From NCBI GenBank assembly GCA_964016885.1, contig OZ024741.1, positions 148,242,001 through 148,306,000 of the forward strand: a stretch of DNA of 64,000 nucleotides, in the 5' to 3' direction. Below the pieces are notes generated by a model. The model did not search any database. It had not been told where the DNA came from and saw only the letters and a program-made list of their open reading frames with translations. Of this stretch, positions 27,760 through 51,943 are shown piece after piece (within the stretch, counting starts at the first letter, position 1; every line of letters begins with the position of its first letter). This DNA comes from Eledone cirrhosa. Taxonomy: Eukaryota. The translations under genes were made by a program, and so were the position numbers.

Positions 27760-30355
27760 CGACAACCACCTGATCACCTATAGATCAGGGGAGCATTCTA
27801 GTCAGATTTTATCCTCATCAGAGGACGTGACAGATGGACAGTCGTAAACACAAAAGCCTTCCCTAGTGAGGAATGTACCTCCCAACATAGCTTAGTTGTC
27901 AGCGACCTCACGGCCAGAACTAGACGGACCTGGAAACAGAAGCCAACCTGGAGAAGAAAGATCTGGAAGCTGAAAGACCCCTACGACAGTAAAGAACAGA
28001 TAGAGACATTCAATGTAGAAGAGCACTGGGAGTTCCTAAAAAATAACTTACTAGAGGCGACGGATGTGATCTGTGGCTGGAGTAAGACTACAGGCAGGAG
28101 GAGAGTGACTTGTTGGTGGAACAATAAGGTAGTTAAGGCCAAGAGACAGGCATGGAAAGAATGGAAGAACGGGGGAAGCACGGTACATTACATAGAGACC
28201 AAGAGGGAAGCTAGGCGACAAGTATACTTAGCTAGGAGGGAAGCAGAAGATAGAAAATTCAAGCATGTTTTGCAACGTGAGGACCAGAAACAGGTGTTCA
28301 AGATTGCGAGGCACTGTGTCAGAGAGAATTGTGATGTCATTGGAAAGAAGTGTATCCAGAATGATAAAGGTGAGCTTGCCCTCACAAGTGCTGAGAAGAA
28401 AGATGTGTGGAAGAGCCATTATGATAGATTACTAAATGAGGAGAATGCATGGGAAGAAGAGACCCTATAGAGGGGCCGGCAGTACAAGTCAGCAGCAGCG
28501 TAGTAAGTCAGGCAATCAAAGATATGAAGACAGGGAAGGCAACCGGTCCATCGAGTATAGCTGCCGAGATGTTAACAAAGTAATACTAGAAGGTGTCATA
28601 CCAAAGGATTGGTGCAGTAGCATCATTGTCAACTGCTACAAAGGTAAAGGTGATGCATAGATAGAGGAAACTATAGAGGTATAAAGCTGATGGACCAGGT
28701 CATGAAAATAACAGAAAGAGTTATAGCACAGTTGATTAGGGACCGGGTGAAACTAGATGAGATGCAATTTGCTCTCTTCCTTGTGAGGCAGTTACAGGAA
28801 AAGTACCTAGCTATAAGTAAGCCACTCTACCTGGCATTCGTCGATCTGGAGAAAGCCTTTGACAGAGTTCCTCGTGCTATAATCTGGTGGGTTCTTAGAA
28901 AACTAGAAGTAGATGAATGGATTGTGAAAGCTGTACAAGCCATGTATAAGGGAGCAGTCAGCAAAGTTAGGATTAGCAATGAGTATAGCGAGGAATTTAG
29001 CGTCCAGGGCGGTGTCCACCAGGGCTCTGTTCTTAGCCCCCTCCTGTTCATCATAGTCCTGCAGGCAATAACGGAGGAGTTTAAGACCGGATGCCCATGG
29101 GAACTCCTGTATGCAGGTGACCTCGCACTTATAGCTGAATCTATGGTATAACTAGAGAAGAAATTCCAAACTTGGAAGCAGGGACTAGAAAGAAAGGGTC
29201 TCAAAGTCAAACTGACAAAGACTAAGGTCCTTGTAAGTAGACGAGAAAACAGAACCCAGATCCCCTCAGGGAAATGGCCTTGCTCAGTATGTAGGAAAGG
29301 TGTAGGTAAGAACTCCATCCTCTGCTCCAAATGCAAACAATGGGTACACAAGAGATGTAGCGGTATCTCAGGAAGCTTAACTAAGAATGTAGGCTTCACA
29401 TGCAGCAGCTGTGCTGGGACAGCAAGCAGCAAACAGCCACAGGAAACAAGTACCACCAATCTCTGGGAGGGCTCTGTAGAAACAGTAGACAGCTTCTGCT
29501 ACCTAGGTGACCGAATTAGCAGCGGAGGTGGGTGTTCAGAAAGTACAATAACTAGGGTAAGAACAGGATGGAAGAAGTTCAGGGAACTACTGCCACTGCT
29601 AACTGCAAAAGGCTTTTCCCTCAAAATAAAAGCCAGATTGTATGATGCGTGTATACGAACAGCAATGTTACATGGTAGTGAGACCTGGGCGCTGACTGTG
29701 GAAGACTTGCGTAGATTAGAAAGAAACGAAGCCTGCATGCTCCGATGGATGTGTAATAGTAATATACGCGAACGGCAAAGCATAAATGAATTGAGAGAGG
29801 GACTGAGCATAAGAGGAATCAAATGCTGTGTGCAGGAGAGGTGGTTGCGTTGGTATGGACATGTGACGCGTATGAGGGATGACAGCTGCATAAAAAGGTG
29901 CAGAGCAAACCGCGGAGTGGGGAGACCCAAGAAGACCTGGGATGAGGTGATAAAAGCCGACCTTACCCAATTACACCTCTCAAAGGCGATGACACACGAG
30001 CGTCACGCAGTAATACAGAAGGCCCCCCGGGTACAAGCCGAAACGGAAGCATATAGACAATATGCCCCCACACCTCCCACTGTAAAGTGGTCGTGGAGGT
30101 GTCACGGCAAAAAAGCACCCAGCCCACACTGTAAAGTGGACGTGTAGGCGCCACGGAAAAAAAAGCACCCAGCATTCACTCTAAATGAGGTTGGTGTTAG
30201 GAAGGGCATCCAGCTGTAGAAATCAAGCCAGAGTCAGTTCCCGTATGAGCAAGACAAGGTCAGCCGACCGGACACAGGCCACAACAGGACAACCCGTCTA
30301 ACCCATGCTAGCGTGGAAGAACGGACGTAAAACGGTGATGATGATGATGATGACA
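27760..30355 (+). mobile_element. RTE-clade LINE, 5'-truncated and internally deleted, with an internal PHD-like Cys cluster
   Basis: RT motifs YLAFVDLEKAFDRVP, GVHQGSVLSPLLF and LLYAGDLAL; WPCSVCRK..C..C..WVHKRC; HGSETW, LRWYGHV and GRPKKTW; 3' tail (GAT)n. Confidence 0.93.
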
Positions 30356-30720
30356 CATAATAATAATGAAAATATTGTGTACAATGCTCAGGTGCACTAC
30401 AACTCATCAAAAGTGTATGTATAGTACATAGGGTAATGTACAAACGTCAGGAAAATGAACAGTGCATGAGTCATGATATACACATGTATGCATGTGTATG
30501 GAAGGGGGACATCAGGTGTAGTTTTTGCGAATTTCGGGAAGCATGAGTGTTTTAAAGGATGCAGCGTCTCGGCAGCTAACAACTGACGCAGGCAGCTTGT
30601 TCCATGCTTCAGCAACTCTAAGCGTGAAAAAATGTTTCCGAAAGTCATGGGAGCTGTGCTGTTTTCTGACTTTGTAGGCATGTCGACGTGTGTTAGACAC
30701 ATGGAGATCAAAAAGGTGTT
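30356..30720 (-). mobile_element. CR1-type LINE 3' end fragment
   Basis: [32 protein letters not shown] with an (ATT)n tail. Same family as 54885-55517 and 57957-58218. Confidence 0.85.
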
Positions 30721-31807
30721 CATGCACACAGCCCATAAACAGTTTTGTTGTCACAATTTGGTAAAGAAAACGACTGTTACTAATTCCTTCCGCAAAACGT
30801 GTTTTAGTAGGTAAATTACATTTTTCTTGTACTTGTAAAACGCTTGTGGGGGTACAGATTTGGAGGGAATAGTGGTTGTTCATTTGTTTTTGTGTTGAAA
30901 TTCTGTCAAAGTCGACATTATACATGGTTAACTGATAACATAAGTTGCAAACTTCAATGTATTAAGGTTAATTTAATTTACTATACACCTTCGGGGTTTC
31001 ATGTTGCCAATGAGTTACCTCCCTTTAGTCCTTTTTCGTGCCAAATAAGGTGTTTTTATATAGAATGAAAGCAAAAAAGGGGTGTTTATTTACATGTCAA
31101 TGTCACGATCAGCTGAATTAGAATAACAGAATGAGAAATACAATCCCCACCCCACAAGTCATGAGCCGACTCAAACCTTTGGTAAATGAACTTCACCAAA
31201 ATGCTACGTGGGGCTGAACGAGGGCCTTTATAACTATTTGAGCAAGAAAGAAATGTATGTCACAACATTCCAACGCTCCTCACTTTCAATATAGGACTTT
31301 GTGCAAATCTAAACGCAAACAATTATTCTTAAAATAATTTGTTTTGCTTGCTGGCATAAATGACATTAAATAAAATATATTGTTCTTCTAAAGGTGCAGA
31401 GGATAGCTTAAGAATTGCCGACGGAATGAGGTGACAATCTTTCTATATCGTTTTCTAATTTCGCAACCCCCGTCTCTTTCTTTTTTTCCCCTTTTCTTTT
31501 GTATAATCTCGCCATTTCTCGCTGAAACCTATCTCTCTCTCTAATCTCGCAATTATTTACAACTCTCTTCGTTTCTATGTAAATATCACTCTCTCTTATC
31601 TTAATATCACTCTTTCTAATCTCGTACTCGTTACTTCTCTCCCTTTCTCAAGCTATATATCCATTGCTTTCACTCTCTACATAATTTCTAAGTTATCCTT
31701 GTTCTCTCTATTTCCGTTTATATATCTTTATCTCTCTCAGTTCTCTATAGACGTCTACAATTGAAATTTTCTGTACCCAAGTTGACCATCACTGGTAGAA
31801 GTAAATT

Positions 31808-42546
<10,739 letters not shown>

Positions 42547-43864
42547 ACACCAGATGGTTTGTTAGGCCAAGTGTGTGTTAAGATGAGCTAACATGGATGA
42601 ATGAACACATTGCAGGATGGCCTGTTTTTTTTTTTTTATATTTCTTATGAAAATTTGATAATAAATTTTATTTCAAAATGTTAATGTTTGTCTTTTCTTG
42701 CTTATAAGAATGTGGTTGAATCTATATATAAATTTCTGCGATTCTGTCACAACACAAAGAGAGAGAGAAGTGGTTTGACTTACTCATACTACTCCTCTCT
42801 CTTCCCATATAAATGTATGCATATGCGCGTACATATATGCATCAGCATATGGAAAAAAATTCTAGTGATTAAAAACTTTGTTTCATATCCCATCCCACTG
42901 CTTGGACTCACCAGCATTGTGTGAGTGGGGAAGCATGTAATGTGTGTCTAACCAACAAACATTGTTTTAGATATTTTTGCCAAATCTTTGTAAGCATTAA
43001 AGCAAGTGATGTTTAGTCTGTTCAGCAATATAAAACAAAACAGTATTTTAACCTAATTTTAGTGTAGCCTTGTCCAATGTGCCACTATGCAAGGCTGTTT
43101 TGTTATTGTTATCAAGATTCAAACCAGGGTTACACTAAGCAAGATAGTAATGCTGACATACACAGCTCAGTAGGTTGTGCCCTTTAAGTATAAACACTAA
43201 TAAATGGAAGTTTTATATCAAAAGGGTTGTTTCAAACACATACCTTAGATTTGATGATATGGTAAATAGGTATCAGATTGCTTTGGACCCTCATAACCAT
43301 TCAATATAAAAAAAAAATAAGTTTAGGAATTGTATTATAGAAATAGTAAATGTATATGTTTTATTTTGCAGTAAAACTAGTTTAATTATAAACTTGTATT
43401 TAAAGACTAAATTCTATAGATATTTATGCACACTAGTAAATTAATTCATAAGCCATTTTAAATATGAGTAATTAATAAATTAAAATGATAGTGCATCCCA
43501 ACCTTGCCTAATCCATGCATTTCCTTCATTTGCCTTTCTCATCTTTTTCTCCATCTCATAATTTCCTTTTCTCTTTCACCATGTCCCAACTCACCTACTA
43601 TTACCACATCAACCAATCATACCTCTGCAGCACAAACTAACGACCAGCTAACTCAATCTTTTCCAAGGACAGGTGTTTTTTTTAATATTTGTTTCTGTAT
43701 GGCTTAGTTGGAGCATTACTAATCGACAAATATGAACCCACCAACCACCTCTGGACGATCACGCAATTGCTTTTCTTTATTTCAGCCATGGAAAACCATC
43801 ACCCACGCCCCCTACCAAGTCCCCATCTACCTCTTGTTCTTCCCCCGAACTCCATAACATCAGA

Positions 43865-46020
43865 CTTGGCACCATGAAAGTTAGATCCGGAGAGATGGTA
43901 AAGATGCTTGAACGAATGAAAGTCGATGTGTGCTGTGTACAAGAGACTAGATGGAGTGGTATGTCAGCTAAATTCCTCATAGGCAAAAAATGTTGCTATA
44001 AATTTTTCTGGGTGGAGTAGGGATTTTGGAAGCAGAAAAGTGAGTAAACAAAGTTAGTGCTATAAATAAAATAAATGATAATTAAACTTAAACAGAACCA
44101 TGACAATTATATCTGCCTACACTCCTCAATCTGGACTTCCAGACACAAAAAAACAGGCTCTGTAAGTCCCTAAGGCTCACTACCTCCCAAATTAACGACT
44201 TCCTACTTATTGCAGGTGACTTCAATGGGCATGTGGGACAATTCTCCGATGGCTTTGATCAGATCCATGGGGTTTATGGGTACGGTCCTAGAAACGAGGA
44301 AAGCTTCAGACCTCTGGAATTCTGGGACGCCAATAACCTATCTGAAACACGAACTTCAGAAAACGAGTCGGCCACCTAATCACATATAGATCAGGAGACC
44401 ACGCCAGCCAATTTGATTTCATTGTGGCGAGACAGAGTGACTGTTAGGAACACAAAGTCCCTCCCCAATGAAGAATGCTCCTCCCAACATAAACTAGTAG
44501 TTAGTGACCTTACTCAGGGCTTGACAACAGAAGCCTACCTGGAGGAGACAAGTATGGAAGTTAAAAGACCCATTAAATAGTGACAAATTTAGAAGGTGGT
44601 TGACCGACGTCTTCGACAATAAGGAAGAGCAAATAAAGACTTAAAATATAGAGGAGCAGTGGGAGTTCCTGAAAGATAACTTGAAGACAACAGACAAAAT
44701 CTGTGGTTGGAGTAGGTCCTTTGGCAGACGGAGGGTGGCTTGGTGGAATAGTAAAGTAGATGAGAAAATTAAGGCCAAAAGACAGGCTTGGAAAGTTTGC
44801 TGTAATGGGGTCACTGAGTCTTAGCTCAGCTGATTAGAGAACGTGTTAACATAGTGACATGCAGTTTGGATTTGTCCCAGGTTAGAGTACCATAGATACC
44901 CTTTTCCTTGTAAGAGAACTACAGAAGTACCTAGCTAAGAGTAAACCCCTCTACCTGGCAAAGACGAAAATCGTAGTAAGTAGCAGGGATAATGGCACAG
45001 ATCACCTCTGGAAAATGACCCTGCTCAGTGTGCAGAAAAAGAGTAGGTAGACATTCCATTCTATGTACCAAATGCAAGCAATGGGTACACAAGAGATGTA
45101 GTGGGATCTCGAGCAGGCTAAGAAAGAATGTAGGTTTTACTTGTGGCAGGTGCATAGGGGCAGTAAGTAGCAAGAACCCTCAGGATACAACCTTCAAATG
45201 CTCAGTGGAAGTGGTAGATGGTTTCCATTACCTGGGTGACCAAATCAGTAGTGGGGGAGGGTGTTCCGAAAGCACAGTAACCAGAGTGACATCAGGTTGG
45301 AAAAAATTCAGGGAACTACAACCGTTACTAACTACAAAATGTTTTTCTCTCAAAATGAATGGCAGACTATGATGCATGTATACGAACAATGTTGCAAGAC
45401 CTGTGCACTGAGGACCTACGACGATTGGAAAGAAATGAAGCCTCCATGCTTCTCTGGATGTGCAAATAGCAATATATGTGAACGGCAAAGTATAAATATT
45501 CTGCATGAGATTGCGTTGGTAAGGACATGTGATGCATATAAAGGATGACAACTGTATAAAAAGGTGCAGAGCGCTCAAAGTTGATGGAAGCTGTGGAGTG
45601 GGCTGGCCTAGGAAGACTTGGGATGAGATAATAAAAGCTGACCTTGCACAATTACCTTACAAAGGCAATGACTGCGACCTCTGGCACTATGCAATTTTAC
45701 AGAAGACCTGCCCTCTATTATCCTCAGGATGTGGCTTATACCTAGTAGGCAACACCTATCTCCTCCCCTACTACTCTGTCCAGATTCTCCCCCCAAGACT
45801 AAAGTGCCCAGTCCACACTGTAAAGTGATCATGTGTCACGACAAAAAGCACCCAGCACAGTCCATGTGGTTGGCGTTAGGTAGGACATCCAACTGTAGAA
45901 AACCAGCCAGAAACTCTCCTATATGAGCGAGATACAGTCACCCGACTCAACTTGCCTCTAAATGGAACAAACCTGTCTAACCCATGCTAACATGGAAAAT
46001 AAACGTTAATCGATGATGAG
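43865..46020 (+). mobile_element. Degenerate RTE-clade LINE (APE endonuclease plus RT C-terminus, internal deletions)
   Basis: VDVCCVQETRW, AGDFNGHVG and WVHKRCSG motifs; 3' tail homologous to 30077-30350. Confidence 0.88.
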
Positions 46021-46079
46021 ATTGCTGTGATTTATGCTGCACTGGGAATTTTTTTAATTCGGCTCTATCGATGTCAATG

Positions 46080-46500
46080 ATAGTGAAACACACGACTAAA
46101 TCTAGATTCAACAAGATGATGAAAAAGCAATAACGTAGAGCTGTACTTTTCCCCAGAGTAATGGATATGTTTTAGCAATGTCATTTATTTTCCATATTAT
46201 GCTTCCCATCTTTGAATTTTGCTTGCAATATTTCATCACTCTACAAATCAATGAGGGTCTCCTGCAAAGAAATATCTACATCGGCAGCATTAGCTTCAAA
46301 AGGAATTGTCACCCATGAGTAGGTCACTAAACCAAGTTTGCATACCATCATGCAATTTTTCAAATGTTTACCAAACAATGCAAGATCGTGCTAATTGCCA
46401 CCAATCCAAATGCACGTCTGATATTTTGTTGAACTCCAGTTTTTTTTAAAAGAGCAATATAGCACCGTTACAGAATATAAGATTAGAATTTTTCCTTGAA
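46080..46500 (-). mobile_element. hAT transposase C-terminal relic
   Basis: Decayed WVTIPF...QETLIDL..DEI, YPLLWGKVQLYVIAF.SS motif, paralleling 36100-36772. Confidence 0.55.
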
Positions 46501-46938
46501 GCTGTTAAGTACTTCAAAATGTCATGGTACGAGTCGACCTATGTATTTTTCGATACACATACCATAAGCGATAAAAACACCAGATTTCTATTAGAGTAGC
46601 ATTTATGTTGATGATAGCCATTAAAAGTACCAGTGACACGAACATTTCTATTTTTAGTATTTTAATATGGCTTAGATTACTGTAGAAATTTCAATTCTCA
46701 CTTGTACCAACTGTTCCAAACTGAAATTGCTTTATGGAGCCCCCCAATTTGCTATTTTTTGTGTGGCCCTTTAGTAGAGTTACATGGACTCTGGTTGTGA
46801 ACCACTGGTCGAGCTTAATAGCAATATTTTAATGTCAGTGGTCTTCTCTTACCTTAGAAAGCTCATAATTCTCAACCAGTATCATTTAAATCAGAGGTTT
46901 TCAAACTTTTGGGGGGACAGCCATGTAAAACCCTCAGC

Positions 46939-49900
46939 GGTCACAACTACCAGACTGGAGTGTGTAGAGAACAGAAATCTTCTATTGGAGGTGTTCAAGT
47001 ATTTCTTTAGGCTGCCAGTATTCTTCTTGCTGGCGAAGGAAGTGAGACAGGAGTCATCTCTTGACAAGGTCTCAGGTGTTCTTGTTGTCCCTTCGAGGTT
47101 CAGGGTGCGAGAGAGGCTTATGCCTTGGCAGCCCTCAAACTTATACTTCCCAGGGGCGATTGGGGTATTTGTGGCTCGGGTGTATGAGCGTCATTGTATG
47201 CCCTTTTTAGTCTATCCACCGAAATTGTCTCTCTGGACCCCTTAATGTCTACAGTGGAATGTTTGTCAGTACATGCTAACACACGGTAGGGTCCAGAGTA
47301 CGGTTGTGTGAGGGGTGGAGTAACCGCATTGTTTCTGACGAATACATGTGTCCACGTGGCAATATCTCTCGGGACTGCAGCTTTAATATCGTTTCCTAGT
47401 ATTCATGGGCGGTAAGTCCTGAAAATAGGAGCGCAAACGAGATACGTAGGAAAGCAAGATCAACAGGGGCAACGCTAGAGGAGCACCATACAGTAATTCG
47501 GCTGGGGAGAACCCAAGGTCCTCCTTTATTGATGACCGAATTCCTAACACAATAGGAAGGTACTCGCTCCAATGTTGAGAGTTTGGATAGGCACGAAGAG
47601 CGGCCTTTAATTGGCGGTGGAATCGTTCCACCATTCCATTTGAAGCAGGATGATTGGCGCTCAACGGATTCGGACCACAGCCTATGATCTTTGTGAGCTC
47701 AGAGAAAAGATGGGACTCAAATTATCTACCACGGTCTGTGGTGACTGTAGTTGGTACCCCAAAGCGGGTAATCCACCCCGATACCAGGGTACGTGCTACA
47801 GTCTCAGCAGTTATATCTTGTAAGGGGATGGCTTCAGGCCATCGCGAAAAACGATCAACACAGGTCAAGAGGTACGAATATCCACTGCTGAATGGCCAAG
47901 GTCCAACGAGATCAATGTGTATGTGCTGAAACCGAGCATCAAGAGTTCTGAAAGTACCAAGCGGAGTCCGGATGTGTCTGTGGATTTTAGATCTCTGACA
48001 CTGTGTGCAGGAACGGCACCAGACAGTAATTTCTCGCCTCATATTGGGCCAGAAAAATCTAGCCGTTATGAGCTTTTCTGTGGCAGAAATTCCTGGGTGA
48101 GAAATGTTCCTGTGCAAAGCAAGGAACACAATTCGACGGTGAGTCTCAGGGAAAAGTGGTCGTGGTGAATCCGTAGATACATCACATAGAATCTGCAAGT
48201 CGCAAATTCGGCAGAAAGAGTATCCAACGATTGGAGTGCAGGTTGGTCTGCAGCTAAATGACCTAAGTCGATCTCCTGGGATGACGAGATGGAGCTGATT
48301 GGCAAACGTGACAATGCGTCTGCAGCTATGTTATGCAAGCCAGCAATGTGCTGGATATTATTTGTAAATTGCGAAATGTAGTCCAGGTGCCTTGGCTTTA
48401 GCCCTCGAAGCGAAGGTCAGAGGTTTGTGGTCGGTTAAAACAGTAAAATTTCTCCCCTCAAGAATATGAGAGAAATGTTTCACCGACAGATATATGGCTA
48501 ATAATTCCAGCCCAAACGTGCTGTAACGCGTTTCTGCTGGTTTCAGCTTCCTCGAGAAAAATGCCAAAGGTTGTTGGTTTCCAGCGTTGAACTGCTGTAA
48601 AACTGCTCCCACAGCGGTATCAGATACATCAACACAAAGCGAAAGCTTGGCCTCTGGTACCAGGTGGGCTAGCAAAGATGAACTAGCGAGTGCTGTCTTG
48701 GCAGTCTGGAAGTCTTGAAGCTGTCCTTGTGTCAAGGAAATATCCTCATTTCGTCTTACGACGATTTTTCAAAATGTCAGTAAGGGAAGATAGCAAATTA
48801 GCACAATGAGGAACGAAACGCCTATAGAAATTGATTAGGCCTAAGAAGTGACGCAACTGGTGAAGTGTAGTAGGCGGAGGTAAATCCTGTATGGCTTGAA
48901 CTCACTGAGGGAGCGGCCTAATACCTTCGGCGTAGATGAGGTGGCCTAAAAAATTTAGCGAAGTGGAACCGAAAACACACTTTGCAGGATTCACACGAAC
49001 GCGGTAATCCTGAAATAGCCGAAATAAGAGATGCATGCGACGCATATGCTCTTCCGGAGAGGAACTAGCGACGAGAATATTGTCTATGAACCGCTAAAAA
49101 GTGCTAGCGGCGTTCCTCAGTCCGAAAGGCATGGTAAAAAATTCGAAGGATCCGAAAGTTGTAATCGCCGTTTTCGGAATATCCTCCTTCCTGACCAGAA
49201 TTTGGTGGTAGGCTCGCACTAAATCTAGTTTTGAGAAAATCTTACACCCCTGCAGTGAAGAGGCAAAATCCTGGAGATGGGGAATGGGATACCTATCCGG
49301 GACAGTCATAGCATTTAACCTTCTATAATCCCCAGTGGGTCTCCAGAAGTCTTGGGCACCATGTGTAACGGTGAAGCCCAAGGACTCTTAGATGGGCAAC
49401 ATATGGTCGAACTCGGACCGTGCTGCCTTTAATTTTCCCGCCGGTAAGCAGTGTGGACGTGAAAACACTGGAGCACCGGTGGTGGAAACAAAATATTCAG
49501 GCACATGGCTTAGTGGTAAGAGCATTGGCCTTGCAATCGAAAGGTTGTGAGTTCAATTCTCAGACCGGGTGGTGTGTTGTTTCCTTGAGCAAGACACTTT
49601 ATTTCACATTGCTCCAGTTTACTCAGCTGTAGAAATGAGATGATAGGGACTGAGGTCCTTATCATTCCACTGCAAAGTGGTCGTGTAGGTGCCACGGCAA
49701 AAAAAAGCACCCAGCACTCACTGTAAATGAGGTTGGAGGGCATCCAGCTGTAGAAATCAAGCCAGAATCAGTTCCCGTCCCACCCTTGCAAGCAGGGAAA
49801 AGCGGACGTAAAATGAAATGATGAGTGTGTTGGCTCAGTGACTCGAAAATTTCCATCGGTGAACTCCGGGAAAGAACCTAACAACGAATGGTAGGCGTCT

Positions 49901-51549
49901 CCAGCGGCAGCCATGAAGAATATAGGGCTGACTGTTGGAGCATTGGCTTTCCGGCCACGAATTGAAAAACCGGTGATGTCATCCACCAGGCGTTGGCCAC
50001 GGACGTCCACAGTCAAAGAGAAGTTGTGGAGGAAATCCGCTCCTAAGATAGGGTATGGCAAAATCGGCAACCATAAAAATCCACTTAAAATCCCTACGAA
50101 GATTTAGGAATTTGAGAGGAAGCGAGATTTGCCCGTACGTCTTTATAGACGAGTGATTAACTGCCTGCAGAGTAACGGATGACTCTACGGGGGTTTCTTT
50201 CAGGCAATGGACCGGCTAAATACTACAGGAGGCTCCTGTATCCACGAGGAAACCTCTTCCCGACATAAGGTCCTTAATGAAGAAATGGTGGTTTGGTGGC
50301 TTTATGTTGAGGTCAACTGCCCCCAGGAGCGGACCTCTTAGGCGTTTCCCGCCTTATGAAACGAGCAAGGTTGCACGCAGTGGTTCGCGCTCTCGGCAAA
50401 TCGCTCATGGTACCAGCATAAAGATGAACCTGGTGACTTGGAACGACGTCTAAAACTTTGCGATCTCCCGCGACTGCGCGAACGGGCACCACACCAGGCC
50501 TTCATCTTATGGAGCTCTAGGGTGAGTTCCTGAATGGACTCCTGCATCGCCATAATGGCTGAATGAGATGCCATTGTTATACCGTAGGTAATTTGCCAAA
50601 AAAAAAAAAAAAAAAAAGTCTCCAACACAACAGAAAAACAAAATCGCTTATTTTTCTCTGTCAAACAACTGGACAGGAGAAATAATGCATCAGGGACAAT
50701 ATGCAAAGGAGCGACTAACCGAGCGATGTCATTAATAAGGTATAGGCAGGGAATTTGAAACTAAAACCAACATGGCGCACTATTTCGCGGCAAAAACACT
50801 ACTGATGGAGAAGAAAGCCGCCATCTTGTCATCCTCAAAATTTTTAGCCAGAGAAGAGAAGAAAAGAAAAGGAAAAAAAAAAACGTTCATACAATTGCTG
50901 TTTGTTTGTGTGTAAATAACTGTGTTCGTTTTGCACATATGAAGAGTTTGATGTTAAGTGTTACAGAGAAATATGTTTAGATCGGTCAATACAGCCATAT
51001 CAGAATCAAGTTTGTTCTGTATTAAATGTTTTTTTTTTTTATATACATGGTACTATTTCCGATTTTTTAAAAAGAAAACGTCAGGTCACCAATTTAGGCG
51101 ATTAGTATCATGGTATATACATATATATATTATCAAGAATGACAATAAATGCAGGTGAGAGTTGTGACAAGGTTTTACTTCACAGAAGTCAAATAAATTA
51201 ATATAAATAATTTGTTACCACATGTAGATGTTCAGTTGGTCACAACCACCAGACTGGAGTGTGTAAAGAACAGAAATCTTCTATTGGATGTGTTCAAGTA
51301 TTTCTTTAGGCTGCCGGTATTCTTCTTGCTGGCGAAGGAAGTGAGACAGGAGTCATCTCTTGACAAGGTCTCAGGTGTTCTTGTTGTCCCTTCGAGGTTC
51401 AGGGTGCGAGAGAGGCTTATGCCTTGGCAGCCCTCAAACTTATACTCCCCAGGGAGACGCAACTCCATTTAGTACATGAATCTGCCAATGGGGGTCGCAA
51501 GGGGACGTAACTCCCATACATGCTGAGTCAGTCGTAAGGGGCCGCTACA
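46939..51549 (-). mobile_element. Ty3/Gypsy LTR retrotransposon, decayed (gag C-terminus, PR, RT, RH, IN), with LTRs
   Basis: Gag knuckle CWYH..C..PC (50338-50580); protease FLVDTGAS (~50240); [34 protein letters not shown]; RNase H LAFFSRKL..TDHKPL; integrase HPG..C..C, HIDLVGP and NGMVERFHRQLK. A direct repeat at 46939-47157 / 51238-51452 marks the LTRs. The 5' LTR begins with TG at 51549, and the PBS TGGTGACCTGACGT (~51078-51091) resembles the tRNA-Trp 3' end. Confidence 0.92.
49499..49826 (+). mobile_element. tRNA-derived SINE nested in the Gypsy pol
   Basis: Intact A box TGGCTTAGTGGTAAG and B box GAGTTCAATTCTC; interrupts pol between PR and RT; chimeric RTE tail. Confidence 0.9.
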
Positions 51550-51943
51550 CTACGCTTATATACGTATCATTTGATATTTAACATACTATTATATCAACTC
51601 TACCACCCCCTTAACCCTTTAGCATTTACATTACTCTATATATACTATTGTATTTTTGTGGTAAAGGCTTTATCTTACATAATTATCTCACAATTTCAAA
51701 TCTATGAGAATTTGATGTTTTTTGGGGTTTTTTTAGAATACCTTAACATCAGTATAAGCAGCTGGTTACAGCCAGTTTGAACAGAAAGAGGCGAGAGAAT
51801 TCTGGCCAGTTTAAGCCCACACTTGACTGACAAGCAATGAAACCAATACAGACAGAGGTTAAACTATTTCAATGTTATAAGAATATTAAAGATACTATCA
51901 TAAGAAAAAACAAAAAAAATAAACAGTTCAACAATTTTATTTA

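Noticed and set aside
46784-47245. 153-aa ORF with a paralogue at 51212
   Set aside because: It is a reading frame through the LTR direct repeat.
49500-49570. tRNA gene-like sequence (A and B boxes, CTTGCAA loop); also at 27400 and 35290
   Set aside because: It has no proper acceptor stem and continues into SINE core and LINE tail, so it is a SINE head.
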